From NCBI GenBank assembly GCA_905178155.1, contig CAJINV010000001.1, positions 1 through 64,000 on the forward strand: a stretch of 64,000 nt of DNA, in the 5' to 3' direction. Made by a program: the position numbers and the translations under genes. This document shows positions 13,771-25,362 of the stretch, in pieces. Numbering within the stretch: position 1 is the stretch's first letter; every line of letters begins with the position of its first letter. The notes beneath the pieces are model-generated. The model was given only the letters and a program-made list of their open reading frames with translations. It was not told the origin of the DNA and made no database searches. This stretch comes from Amoebophrya sp. A120. Its lineage: Eukaryota > Protista > Dinoflagellata.

Positions 13771-15770
13771 GGACCTGCGAGAGCTTGTGGGCAAGACGCT
13801 AAAGTCTCCTGCGGCCACCTTCATTGGTGCGCTAAAACTGCAGGGAGTCCCGATCAACGGCAGGCTGGGCAACCAACATTCCTTAACCCCAAGCGATATT
13901 GTCGCACAACACCTGGCGGCGAAGGGCATTCACGAAGGGCACCTCGAGTATACCCGAGTTTATTCTTCAGTTCTTGCTTCTAGTAAATATAAACCTAAAG
14001 CAAAACGACAATTTAGGAAAGTGCGCTGTTGCTGTGACAAATCAAGAAACCAACAATGCATCAAAGATTGATGAAGTTTATCTTTGTGTAATATAACTAC
14101 AATTATTATTTTATTTCAGGTTGGTGGACAGGTTGCACGGAACCACGGTGCAGGATTGGGCATCTGCTGAGCGCGATATGGAAGTGAATTCAGTACACCA
14201 CCGAGCAGCTACAGCAACGACATTGCATGACTTTCGATCAAGGAGGGCAGCGGCAGCGCGGCTCCTGGCGCGTGTCTGCCAGATGCCAAGCTGATGGAGA
14301 AGATTATGATGATGAACAAAAATTCAAATGAATATTGTCTAGCAGTTGCAATCCCATGCGGCATACTCATGCAGAAGAGAACGTAGTGGTGCTACGGCGA
14401 GGCCTATCCCTACGTATAATCCCCCAGGCTTCCGCTTTTTGCCTGCAACTGCTTGCGAATGATGTACGGCCCTCGGCCTCGCAATACCAAGTAGATGAAG
14501 ATTTTTTAGAAAGCCGGCGGCTGGACTTTCGCACAGTGCAATGTCGTTGCCGAGTGTCTTTGGCTTTCATAACTTCCTGGTTGGCTTTGGGAATGGAGGA
14601 GCTATATTTTATGATCGCGCAAAGCAATGTCCTGTTCCTAGGAAGTGAAGATGCTCTACTAGCATTTTCTTGTGTGAAGGAGATATCCTTATCCCTCCAG
14701 ATCCAGCATCAGGAGTATGTATGGTGCACTAGTCGTGATCCCGCGGGATTGCAGGTACTGATGTGACCCCGAATCTTAAAATGTGATGCTGCTGGCCCTA
14801 AGGTTGACTTCCTTGCCATGACAAGGACGTAGTCGCGCACGTGAATAAGATCGGAGAGACCTGCCCCACCACCACCGCAGCAGCTCGGCAACAACATGCT
14901 GCAACTCGCGGTTTTACAACCAGAACTGCCCCGACGGTCGGGTATCCAGCATGCGCTCATTCTCTGGTATGACTTTCGCCAGTTGGCCGCGTTTATGGAA
15001 GAAACAAACTAACTTGTTGCCGGCCGATGAAACGCCTACTTTTTCCGCTTGATTAGACTCATATCATTGTTAGTTTCTGATGATACTTCGGATTGTAATT
15101 TGTTGTTGCTGCCCCTGCCTTCCCCTGGCTGCGAACAAGCTGTTACTTTTCTTTTATCTTCTGTCTCCACGGTTGCAAGCGAAGCTGTTTGTTTCTTGCA
15201 TAGTCCATGAATTTGTGAAGCAGCAGGAAGACGGCGTTGAGCCGGAGAAGCAGCAAGCGTTTTTCTTCCAAGTGTGGGAGTAAGTCATATTTTCACTAAT
15301 GTTAGTTATGCTTATGGCTGCGCTTTCCTGCGTTGAGGTTGAAGTTCAGTTGTCTGGTAGCATGGTTTGAACAGAAGTATTTGAATATCAGCAAAGACAA
15401 CATGGAAGAGATGAAGCAACAATGAAAATACATCTTCTGTCTAAGGTTTCTCGTCGCGCTGAACGGTGGAGCGGTATTTGTGAACCGCATTCTCGAGAAT
15501 CGCACCCAGTTTGAACGCCACCGCGCGGAGAGAACGTACTTGGCGTTGTTCGGCCCGAACGGGTTGGTCCCGGTGCAAGACGACGGTGTGACACCCCTGA
15601 TACCCTTCGATTGGGACGGATTTACAAATAAGCAAATCCATGACCTGCTGCGGACCAAGCTCATCAGCCCCGTCCCACCGGCGAGCAGATTCGCGGTCTT
15701 TCAAACGGAAAAGAAGGCAATTCTCGACGGTAGATTGCAGGAGCGGGGCAACACGATCGGTGGGAGGTGA
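13771..15770 (+). pseudogene. Exon-like fragments of an unknown gene (~13771-13982, from ~14120, ~15446-15770)
   Basis: Protein-like open segments next to AG/GT signals and AT-rich spacers; could not be assembled into a full model. Confidence 0.25.
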
Positions 15771-16920
15771 GAAGCTTAAGCAACTGTTGCGGGCGCGCCA
15801 GAAGCGCCAGCACGTTTAAGTACTTATTGAAAAAGTACAATATTAAATTTTGCTTCTGGAGGTAGTATGTCGTGTTGATATCTGTCAACTGTCCTTTCTG
15901 ACGTTCTACTTCTTTCGTTCTACTCCTACAAGTAGTCTAAGGCATAGACAGGAGGGAATATGAAAATACAGAAGAATACAGGCCGTCCTCTACACGACCT
16001 ACAAGCCAGGCATAGAGGACCTGGAATATGAAAATCAAGAAGAATAATGCTATATGCTTATAAAAACAAAAAGACAAGCCCGCTTCATTTTACGAACTGT
16101 ACGTCTCAAATAGAGTACGTGCACTTGATAACTGTCAAATAGGCATGAGCGCGGAAGTGCTTGTTCCATGTAATGGATATCATAGCCTGTCGCAAACCCA
16201 ATTGCGGTAATTTCGCGCAGCTACTATGACAGTTTTACCGACCCGCTCCACAGGTTTAGTTCACATCATCCTTCTGACCATTATTTCGTATTTATTCGTT
16301 TCAGAGTTTACATTTTTCTAGCTTCCAGTTACAAAATCTGATTCTGATTGTTACTTCATGTCCGTTTCAAAGTTTACACTTTTCTAGCTACGCACGAACC
16401 CAAACAGTAAAGGGAGTGAAGAAGTGCCATTTTATCTGTACAAAATAATTGGGAAAATGAAAAACAAGACCTTCATCGAGAGTCGTTCTTGAAGCAGTTT
16501 TGATCTGGTCCTGTGGTCCTTCTCGTGGTTTCTGCCACAGTTGTGTTCCGGCTCAATTTTTCTCTAGTTTAGTTTTGTCCCAGGGTCTTTTTGGATACTA
16601 TCTCCTTATGCAATTCCAATTTCCAGTTTTGTTGTCTGTTGAAAAAGAGAGCTCTCTTGTTGCAGAACGCAAACAATCCATGTTATGGCCATAGCTGGCC
16701 AAAACGCGTTTTTCCAGATATTCAATCCAAATGGAGTTGCGAGTGAAAGAGTGCGTGGCTTCAGCCTCGAGCGAGCCCGACCTGGATGGCAGATAGACGC
16801 CCCTCGGTCGGCTCAAGCAAGGTCATCGGAGTAGTTCCTTTATTCTTCTGCACGGTGACGTTAGTAGTACTCAGTTGTCCGCGTCCACTGTGGCACATTA
16901 TAATTTTGTTACATCTAGCA

Positions 16921-17269
16921 CCGACATCGAGCGGGTAAATTGTCGGCCTCCAAAGCCGACTTGTGCTGTGAGGGTGTCGATGACGGAGTGTGAGAGTTAC
17001 TGGTGATTTGAGTGTCTCCCTTTCCAGAATGTTGCAGCGACATAAAAATCCTGATGTTGAGAGTTCCTCGCGTCATTGATCGCATGCCAGCACAAGGCTT
17101 CTTTACCTTTTTCAAAATAAATCCAAAAAGAAGAAGAAGAAGTTGTAGAGAAGATGAGTGTACTACATGCCGGCTTAGCTGTCGCTTTTGGTTTGGTACT
17201 TCTTCGACTCGGCGCGGTCGGATCGGGACATATTTCTCTACGGCCGCTCGCGGACGTAGTTTTTCCTCT
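16921..17269. repeat. ~350-bp direct repeat, copy 1
   Basis: Near-identical to 18142-18490, with scattered substitutions. Confidence 0.95.
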
Positions 17270-18141
17270 CTTGCGGCGAGCCACAACAGTCCTGCAGACC
17301 ATGGAAAGCATGCGCCAGCAAGAAAACCAGCTATGGCGCGGCAAAGAAAGGAAGGGCGTGCGATGGGGATGAAGATGATGCCGACCGCGCCCGCCACCTT
17401 GGCCGAGGAGAGCCGGCGAGGGCGCCCGGGGGAAGTCTTGGCCCCAGAAATCAAAGCTGCGGACGCCACGCGAAAACTTATAGCCGGCCGGCGTCCCCTA
17501 TGCTATTGGCGTCGCAAACAAAGGCCGCGCCCGTGCCATCGTTTCCCGGCCCCGCTTTCGCGCGCAGCGGATTGCGCGCGCGCCCATGTGGCGAGCGCCG
17601 TCGCGCCGGCGGCGCGCCCGCGTGCGTTATTTTTCTCGGTAGGTGGGGCGTTGGCGCGCGGCGGTTGCCGCTCCCCGTGCCCATCTATGATCACGCAGAG
17701 CTGCGGGCGCGGCGCGCGCCCGCCGGCAAGGGGCCGGCCCCGTGTGTAGCCCGGAGCGGGTAAATTAGGCGCGGCAGACGGGCGGGCCACAGTCGCCCTG
17801 CCGGCCGAGCGGCCGGGTCCGCGCGCGTTGGCCATCCCCACTGCGGTGCCATCCTGTGTTGGTTGGCCGGCTTGAAGGGCACCCCGAGTTGGCTGAGCGC
17901 CGCGGGGCGATTTTGTCCCTTGGCCGCGGTTGTCTTTGGGATTTCATCTGTTCTCCCGATCCTTGTTTTTGCGTTCGCCCCGACGGTGGCTTTGTAAATT
18001 ATACCGGAAGGCCCAGGCCGAACTTGTTCTTAACGAGCCGTGAGTGTTCCGGGCCCTCTAAGTGTGCTCTTTGGCAGAATATTATACCCGCTGGCTTGAG
18101 CATTCGCACTTCCATGGCTAGCGCTTTGCTCGTTTTTTTCC

Positions 18142-18490
18142 CCGACACCGAGCGGGTAAATTATCGGCCTCCAAAGCCGTCTTGTGCTGTGAGGGTGTCG
18201 ATGACGGAGTGTGAGAGTTACTGGTGATTTGAGTGTCTCCCTTTCCAGAGTGTTGCAGCGACATAAAAATCCTGATGTTGAGAGTTCCTCGCGTCATTGT
18301 TCGCATGCCAGCACAAGGCTTCTTTACCTTTTTCAAAATAAATCCAAAAAGAAGAAGCAGAAGTTGTAGAGGAGATGAGTGTACTACATGCCGGCTTAGT
18401 TGTCGCTTTTGGTTTGTTACCTCTTCGATTCGGCGCGGCCGGATCGAGACATATTTCTCTATGGCCGCTCGCGGACCTAGTTTTTCGTCT
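18142..18490. repeat. ~350-bp direct repeat, copy 2
   Basis: Near-identical to 16921-17269. Confidence 0.95.
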
Positions 18491-21400
18491 TCCTGTTCTG
18501 GGGCGCGCGCTCTGAAGGAGATCTCCGGTCCGGGTCCCCGAGCGGTTTAATTTCTTCAATAGTGGTGTCGCGCCTGGGGATATCGTGCAGAAATTTACTA
18601 GCAGAGCGCACACTTTTAAGAACTTTACTGGCGATTGCCGAAGAGTTAAGTTTAATACTCTAAGCATGGAATAATAAAAGCGACGCTGATGATGTTCGTG
18701 CTCTCTGCCTAGAAGTTTTCTGTACGATAATGATCGCTACTACCGCCGACTCGATGTGTCTGGACGGGGCGCTTTCTATTGGTGTCGGTATTTGCGTAAA
18801 ATGCAACGCGACGGCACACATGCAGAAGATTATCACAGCCAAACAAGACAGTAGATGAGCCTCGGAATAATGCTCGCACTACAAGGCGTTCGCTGTAGCT
18901 GTTTGACATCATGCGGAAAAAAGGCAGCGCGCGAATTCGATTTGCATCTGATGCAGTTTGTCTTTGCGTTTGCTGTGCGTAAGTCATCCCTCCACTTTTC
19001 TCTTTTTTATTGCTAGCTTCTCTTGCGCAAAAATAAAAACTCCTGTCCTGTGCCGGAAATCCTTTCTTTTTTGTTTTTCTACTCGGGAGCTGTTTCTGGC
19101 TCACCTTCGTAGCAGCTATTACAGTGCCGAAGAATGTTGCGCCATATTGTTTTTCTACTGTCACGGCCGGCCACCCTCACCGCTAAAAACGGGTAGTGCC
19201 TCGCCTTACAAAATGTTTCTCGGCTCAGCCCTGAGGCAGACACTCGCCCGCAGAAAGTGAAAGCTTGACAGTGCCCGGACAGTACCTCGCTCACCTAGAA
19301 GCGAGCGCGGTTGTTTTTCCACGGTCCTTCCCGGGAGCGTTCGCCTTTAAGTCAAGCCTGCATGCTAGTCCTTTTTTTTCTTCTGCTTGTCCTCTGGCTT
19401 AGAGCTCAGGACGCGACCAAGAGCCTGCTAGCGTTGGCATTTATTTTACGTCGGCAGCGGCTTTGTCATTATTTCGCGCGAAGTTTTCGATTGAGAAAGC
19501 ACCACAGCTCCATTCCCGCCAATTTGCACCACAGCGAGCTCCATTCCCGCCATGGAGGCCGGGGGCAGGATAATTATTAGCAGGTGTGAGGGCTCCCCTA
19601 GCGTAACGGATCAAAGAGCGGGATGGAGTAAATTTGCAAGATTTGTTCGCCTTCTTTCACGAGCGCACAATTTTGAAAATCATCTCATTTGAGGCTGCGA
19701 TAAATCTAAGTGAGCGGATCGAAGAAATTGCGGCCCGAGGCGCAATTTCAGTAAGGCAGCCGCCGTCCGCCGCTTCTACCAAAGTGATGCCCAGTTGCCG
19801 CCCCTTAGCAGGTACTTTTTTCATATTGTAAGCCAGTGCATGAGTGTCGGCGTTGCGAAGTGACTGAGGTAGTGAATAATCCGTGGACTGTACACAAATT
19901 CAAATAGCGACTTAGTGTCTGCGCTTATTTTTGCGATGATCGGATGTTGAAACAAATGCTAGCGCGCGACGCAAAGGCAGACTTCGGAAGTAGATTGCAG
20001 GTTACATTCATGCGCAACCTTCATGATTGATTCTATATTCCAGGGCACGGCAGCTGGATCTCAGTGGCGAGGCACCGCCTGGACAGGAAGAGCCCGCTGC
20101 AGCGGCGACCCGCGGGCAGGCTCGGCCCATCCGGGAGGGCCGGCGGGGCGCCCGAGGGAGGGGGGGGGCCGTGCCGGTCCCGCCCGTCCCCCAACAGGCG
20201 TCCGCGCCCGCCCGCCCCACCAGTGCCGGCGGCCTTGCGTTCGTAGGCCCGCCCCAGGGGTCCGGCTGGGCCGCAACGCCCGCAGTCCCCCCGCTCAGTG
20301 ATATTTATGCGCATCTGCCAGTCCCATGCCCGTGCGCCGGTGGCGCTTGGTGGCTGGTGGGGCGCCCGCCCTTCCTTGGTAGGGTAGGCTGGTAGACCCA
20401 GTGCGGCGCGGGGGCGTCTATCTTAGTCGTGCGTGGCCGCAGCCGGATTATGAGTGAGCTCTTTCATCGCTAGCGCAGCTCTGTTTCCTCTCTCCGACTC
20501 CGGGGCAGCTAAGAAGCTGTGCCGCGGTAGTTGTAGGAGTTTTTTGTAAGAAGAAGCGCTGGCGGTGGCGTCGTCGGATTCTTGTTCTGCGCGTCGGAAT
20601 TGCTTGTGGAGAAAGAAAAAGGAAAAGCGAGTAGACCACTGGCGGCCCCGACCTCAATGGCAGCGATGTCTGAGTTGTTTTGCGACGCCAGTAGAGTGTC
20701 GGTGTGAGTGTGAGACCGCTGCATCTGCATGATGATGATCATGATCAATAAAGAGCGTTCGCACATAACTAATATAGTAAAGATCTTCGCTTTTGAACTT
20801 GAAGCTGAGGTGACATGGCATAGGAAGTTGGGTCTTTACCATATATCATGGCGTTCGGTCCTTTCATACAAAAGCATAACTACAGAGAGCGAAATCGGAG
20901 ATCTGGGGCCATTTTTAAGCCTGCTGCTAAAAGGCGACCCCAAACACACGTTCTAGTCAGTGAGATGATCAAGGTTGCCTGTGCACAGGCGAGAAGGAAG
21001 CCCATGTAGCAGCTGGAAGAAACTACAGAGCAACCCTAAAAATGCGTCCTAGACAACCTGACATAGTTGTGCAACGCAGGCGCAGCTGCACTTGCCTAAA
21101 TCCTTAAACCTAGAATTTTGTTGCTTTCATGTCATTACAGCTTCGCTATGGCTGCGTGCGCTACAGGAGCCACCCTGTAGTGGTATGTAAAGAGATTGAA
21201 ATTGATTGTGAGCGCAACCCTCTCTGGGTTGCAAGTGTTCTTCATAGAGTACGAATATAGAAGATGATGCGATGCCTCTACAGCCAGAGAAGCCAAATCA
21301 AAAGTGTGGCGCCAAGCCGTGCGTGTGTCAGCTAATTCCAGATCATCGAGCGAAGCAGATCTCCGCCTCGTGTTGATCGTAAGCTGTGAGCCATGGGCAT

Positions 21401-21863
21401 TACGGTTACCACAGTTACCAACGATCGCAAGGCCAGACTTAGGTCTCTCCTCCTCTTGGAAGCTAATAATGGCAGGAATAAACTAAAAGCAAAAGCTACA
21501 TGAACGCGTTCCTCTGCACCCGCCCCGCTCTTTATTTTCAAAATCAACTTAAAACGAGAATCAGATGAACAATCCCAACTTATCATAAGATATGGTCGGA
21601 ACGAAGCGATACAGGAGGTGAACCTACTTTTAATCCTCGAGGCCGCACAAAATCCGTAGCGCCATATATTTTTTCAACTTCCAACCCAGCAGTAGTCTTG
21701 ATCTTGTATGCCCTCGCTCCGTGAATAGTTGTAATTCATCATATTTGTCTCTCGACAAAAAGCAAGGATTCTCATTACCTGCTCCATCCTGTGGAAATCT
21801 GTTGTCGGACACGTCAGCGACACCCAAAGAGCCGCGGGCCGGGGCCAAGCGCTGTTCCGCGGT

Positions 21864-24749
21864 ATGCCCGCTTCTGGCCAGCACCAGTCCACATCTTCCT
21901 GCGAGGAGACGATGCGTAGTCGCATTTCGGGCGCTTTGAAGGAGAAGTTGACTCGCGGATCTTGGTCCGCACGACGCAGAGATGTCGGCGGGCCAAATGG
22001 AGCCACCTGCAGTGCGGTCAAGGGCTCAGACGGTGCTGCGCATGTTGATCCAGGTTCCTCGTCGGGAGATGTTGCCTCGGCGCCGTCGAAAACAAGCGCG
22101 CGATCTGAAGAAGAAGCGATATCAGTTCATGATGATTCTGTTTCTGGTAGAAGTACCACAACGTCCTCAGTGTTGCAGGGCTGGTGGAGCTCCCTTGTCG
22201 GTTCTGAGACGTGGAAGAACCCTCTAGTTGTACCCGCAGCCCGGGAAGATAAGTCGTCTTCACCCACTGCTTCTACCACGTCGAGTTTTTTTCTGAGCAA
22301 AAATGGCGAGCTGCGATGGTGGTACGACGCTATTACGAGCGGGACCACGGGATTGCGTGCCCGCGTCGAGGAACGGGTCGAGGAAATGTACGGCAGGGAG
22401 CTCGCGCAAGTGCGGTTTTTTTTCAGCGTCTTCGAAAAAGAGCTTTCGCGCTCCGAGCAAGCCAGGCGGACCTTCCAAGAAATAAAACTCCACACCAGGA
22501 GTGCGAGTGGCGCACCAGCACCACCAGAATCTACTTCTACCTCCTCGGCAAGAAAGTCGAGCGACCCAGTTGTATCGTCGGGACACGAAAAAAATGCCAG
22601 AGAAGACACGAAAAAAAGAACAGGACAAATTGCTTCTAATGCGTCCTCTAGTGACGAAGCACTCAGCACCGCGAAGTCGCGGCCCGGCTCGCCCGACAAA
22701 GAAGATGCGGATGGCAGCGACGCAGCGAAAACGTCCAGTAGTGCGGTCGACATCCAGCCGCTGATGAATTTGGCTATGCTTACCGCCGCAGAGCGGTATT
22801 TGGCCACGTCAGCGGCAAAACGGGGATCGCAAAAAACCAGTCGTGAAGATGTGAAGGATCTGGAGTTTCTCGAGCGCGCTGCCAGATACATGAAGTGCGC
22901 GCACCTGACCTACAAACTGTCTCCCACAGAGATGAATGCGAATGGCGACGAGATGAACAAATCCCAGCTGGAGGGCGGGACGAGCGTGGAAGGCAACGGA
23001 AAATCACAAGCACAAGAGGACACAATTTCAATGACAACTCAAAACCTGGCAGCTATAATTCCACCTGAAGATGATGAACCGGGTGGTGGCCATACTAGCT
23101 TGACTTCCGCAACGGTCCCGACCTTCGACCGAGTCCTCTTTTCACGGCGAGAAAAGGACGACAGCCAGATCGGGCAGAAGAAATTTGCTCGGCCGCAGAT
23201 CGTGGTGGGCACGGACGAGTCCCGAAGCGCGATTGTGGTTGCGATCCGCGGAACCGCAACTCTGGACGACGTGATGACGGATTTGATGGTTGACACCCGC
23301 ACGGTTTTCGTGCCCGACTTGCAGAATTCGGCCCTCACTTTCCACGAAGGTATGTTCAATTCCGCGGTTTACGTCTTGGAGGAAGCGCACGCGACGGTGG
23401 AGCGGGAGCTCGGGGACCACGGCGCAGCTGGTGCGCAAAACTTGGACAGGTACAACCGCGTCGTCTTCTGCGGCCACTCCCTGGGAGGCGGCGTAGCGCA
23501 GATCGCAGCGCTTCTCCTGTCACAGCTGCGCCGCGGCGTGGAGAGCTGGAACGATGTGCAGATCGAGTGCTGGTCCTTTGCGGGCCCGCCGGTAGCACGG
23601 AAAATGGCGATCGATCATGGAACTGGAACCTCGCAAGCTGATGCTTTTGTGCCCGAGACGCTAGACGAAGTATTTGCCGGTAGCAGCATTCTCGACAACT
23701 ACAAAAGCGACAAGAGTTCTGCTCGGAGAACAGATGATTCTAAAAACTACAGAAATTATGGCAGGACTGCTGATTGTGAGGACGCTAGCAGTAGCACGAC
23801 TCCCCCGTCCGGCAACGTGATTGACTTTTCCGCGATCAAAAATCTGGAGTCTTACCCCTTCGTCATGGAACACGACTTGGTGGCGTTTTTGAGTGTGGGG
23901 TCCATCATGCGGCTGTTGCTCACCCTCCAGCGCATCGAGGCCCTACAGTGGACCTTCCTCGAGAAGATTCAGTTTATCCTGCAGGCGGAGTGCAGTTCGC
24001 GACTCGAGGAGGATGCAATGCTCATGCGGCTGTCTGACGCTGTGGACGACGCCCGACGGCTGCAAGCCATGTGGCGCAACGGGACGTCCGCCGGTGGTAG
24101 TCACGAGGACGGGGAGGCCGAGAATCATGATTCGAGAGCGAAGGGGAGCTCACCAGCAGAGGCCAGATCCGCAGCACCGCCAGGGCATCAAGAGCGTCTC
24201 TATAATCCCGCGTCGCTGGTCGCGCCGCCGCCGGAGAAGAGTCAGCTCTTCGTCAGGACGCAGAGCAGCGACGACTACATGGAGTCGACGGCACGACAGC
24301 TGGCACAGACGAGCATTTCCGTGCGGCATGATGCGATGCAGCATTTGGCAGCCGGGCGGGGCGGCAAGTACTTCTATTACATCTGCGAAAGCGGCACGGT
24401 GCAGGAGGTCGGAGACGTACCTCTCGGGTTCGAGCCGATTCCCGTCGGCTGGCGCTACCACGTGGAGCAGGCTGAAGTGGGACTGCAGACCGTGCGCCAG
24501 CATCTGGATTCGCACCGGGCAAAAACCTACGAGAACGCGCTGCGAGAAGCTGCGGGACGCCTGCGCACACGGCAAGCGATTGATCGGCTAGAAGAAGGAG
24601 GGACAGTAGGTTCTTGTCCGGAAACGACGAGCAGTTGTCGGGTCGAAAATGAGACGAAAGTTGTGGATGGCAGAGACGAAGGACGTGGCGATGAGCAAGT
24701 GCTCGCTGAAAAGCGCAAGACCGTTCCTACGCACCACCTAGGTGGCTGA
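21864..24749 (+). CDS. Class 3 lipase (Lipase_3, diacylglycerol-lipase-like), 961 aa, no introns seen
   Basis: Motifs IVVAIRGTATLDDVMTDL, FHEGM, VVFCGHSLGGGVA (nucleophile elbow), SFAGPP, HDLV. Confidence 0.9.
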   Translation: MPASGQHQSTSSCEETMRSRISGALKEKLTRGSWSARRRDVGGPNGATCSAVKGSDGAAHVDPGSSSGDVASAPSKTSARSEEEAISVHDDSVSGRSTTTSSVLQGWWSSLVGSETWKNPLVVPAAREDKSSSPTASTTSSFFLSKNGELRWWYDAITSGTTGLRARVEERVEEMYGRELAQVRFFFSVFEKELSRSEQARRTFQEIKLHTRSASGAPAPPESTSTSSARKSSDPVVSSGHEKNAREDTKKRTGQIASNASSSDEALSTAKSRPGSPDKEDADGSDAAKTSSSAVDIQPLMNLAMLTAAERYLATSAAKRGSQKTSREDVKDLEFLERAARYMKCAHLTYKLSPTEMNANGDEMNKSQLEGGTSVEGNGKSQAQEDTISMTTQNLAAIIPPEDDEPGGGHTSLTSATVPTFDRVLFSRREKDDSQIGQKKFARPQIVVGTDESRSAIVVAIRGTATLDDVMTDLMVDTRTVFVPDLQNSALTFHEGMFNSAVYVLEEAHATVERELGDHGAAGAQNLDRYNRVVFCGHSLGGGVAQIAALLLSQLRRGVESWNDVQIECWSFAGPPVARKMAIDHGTGTSQADAFVPETLDEVFAGSSILDNYKSDKSSARRTDDSKNYRNYGRTADCEDASSSTTPPSGNVIDFSAIKNLESYPFVMEHDLVAFLSVGSIMRLLLTLQRIEALQWTFLEKIQFILQAECSSRLEEDAMLMRLSDAVDDARRLQAMWRNGTSAGGSHEDGEAENHDSRAKGSSPAEARSAAPPGHQERLYNPASLVAPPPEKSQLFVRTQSSDDYMESTARQLAQTSISVRHDAMQHLAAGRGGKYFYYICESGTVQEVGDVPLGFEPIPVGWRYHVEQAEVGLQTVRQHLDSHRAKTYENALREAAGRLRTRQAIDRLEEGGTVGSCPETTSSCRVENETKVVDGRDEGRGDEQVLAEKRKTVPTHHLGG

Positions 24750-25335
24750 CTCGCAGAGTAGGCGGCCGTGTGCGAATTGCTGGGTTCTTTGGCCTAGCAG
24801 ACGAAAGATGTTTGTGACTAGCATCAGAAGCTGCGTATTTTTCCAGACATTTTTATGGTCGGCGTGCTCACAAAGATCAAGATGCCCATATTTATTCGCC
24901 GCGTGGAGGCAAAGTGTTCCTAGCCTGGGCATCGATGCACATGTTTTGTTCACCAACTTTGATGTTGCGTGGGAATGGCCGATTGCTACTGTCGGGTGGA
25001 TAGGTTTCTTTCCTCACCCGACGAGAAAAAACTGAAACAAGAGTATGCTATGGAGAGTTTAGGCAGTGCAGAGCTGCGTGCCTCCCTTCGTGAGCGACAT
25101 GAGACATGACGATGAGTGAGAGTGATTCCAAGAGCCGCGGGAATGAAAAACAGAGGAGAAATTCCAATTGTGTATGACTATGATGTATTGCACAAGACAA
25201 AGTCAAAGAATAAAACTTGACTCGAATACGCGCATCCGTTTGAAATTATTGAATATACATCTCTAGTCGATGTGTGTCAGCCTCGGGGGCAAATTGAAAT
25301 GAAGAATGGCAGCGCTGACATCGCGTAGCGGCGGT

Positions 25336-25362
25336 TCATCATCATCATCATCATCATCATCA
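25336..25362. repeat. (TCA)9 microsatellite
   Basis: Nine perfect TCA units. Confidence 0.95.

Noticed and set aside
15940-16046. Short ~39-bp imperfect duplication (AGGCATAGA...GGAATATGAAAAT..AGAAGAATA)
   Set aside because: Two copies in non-coding DNA with no further structure
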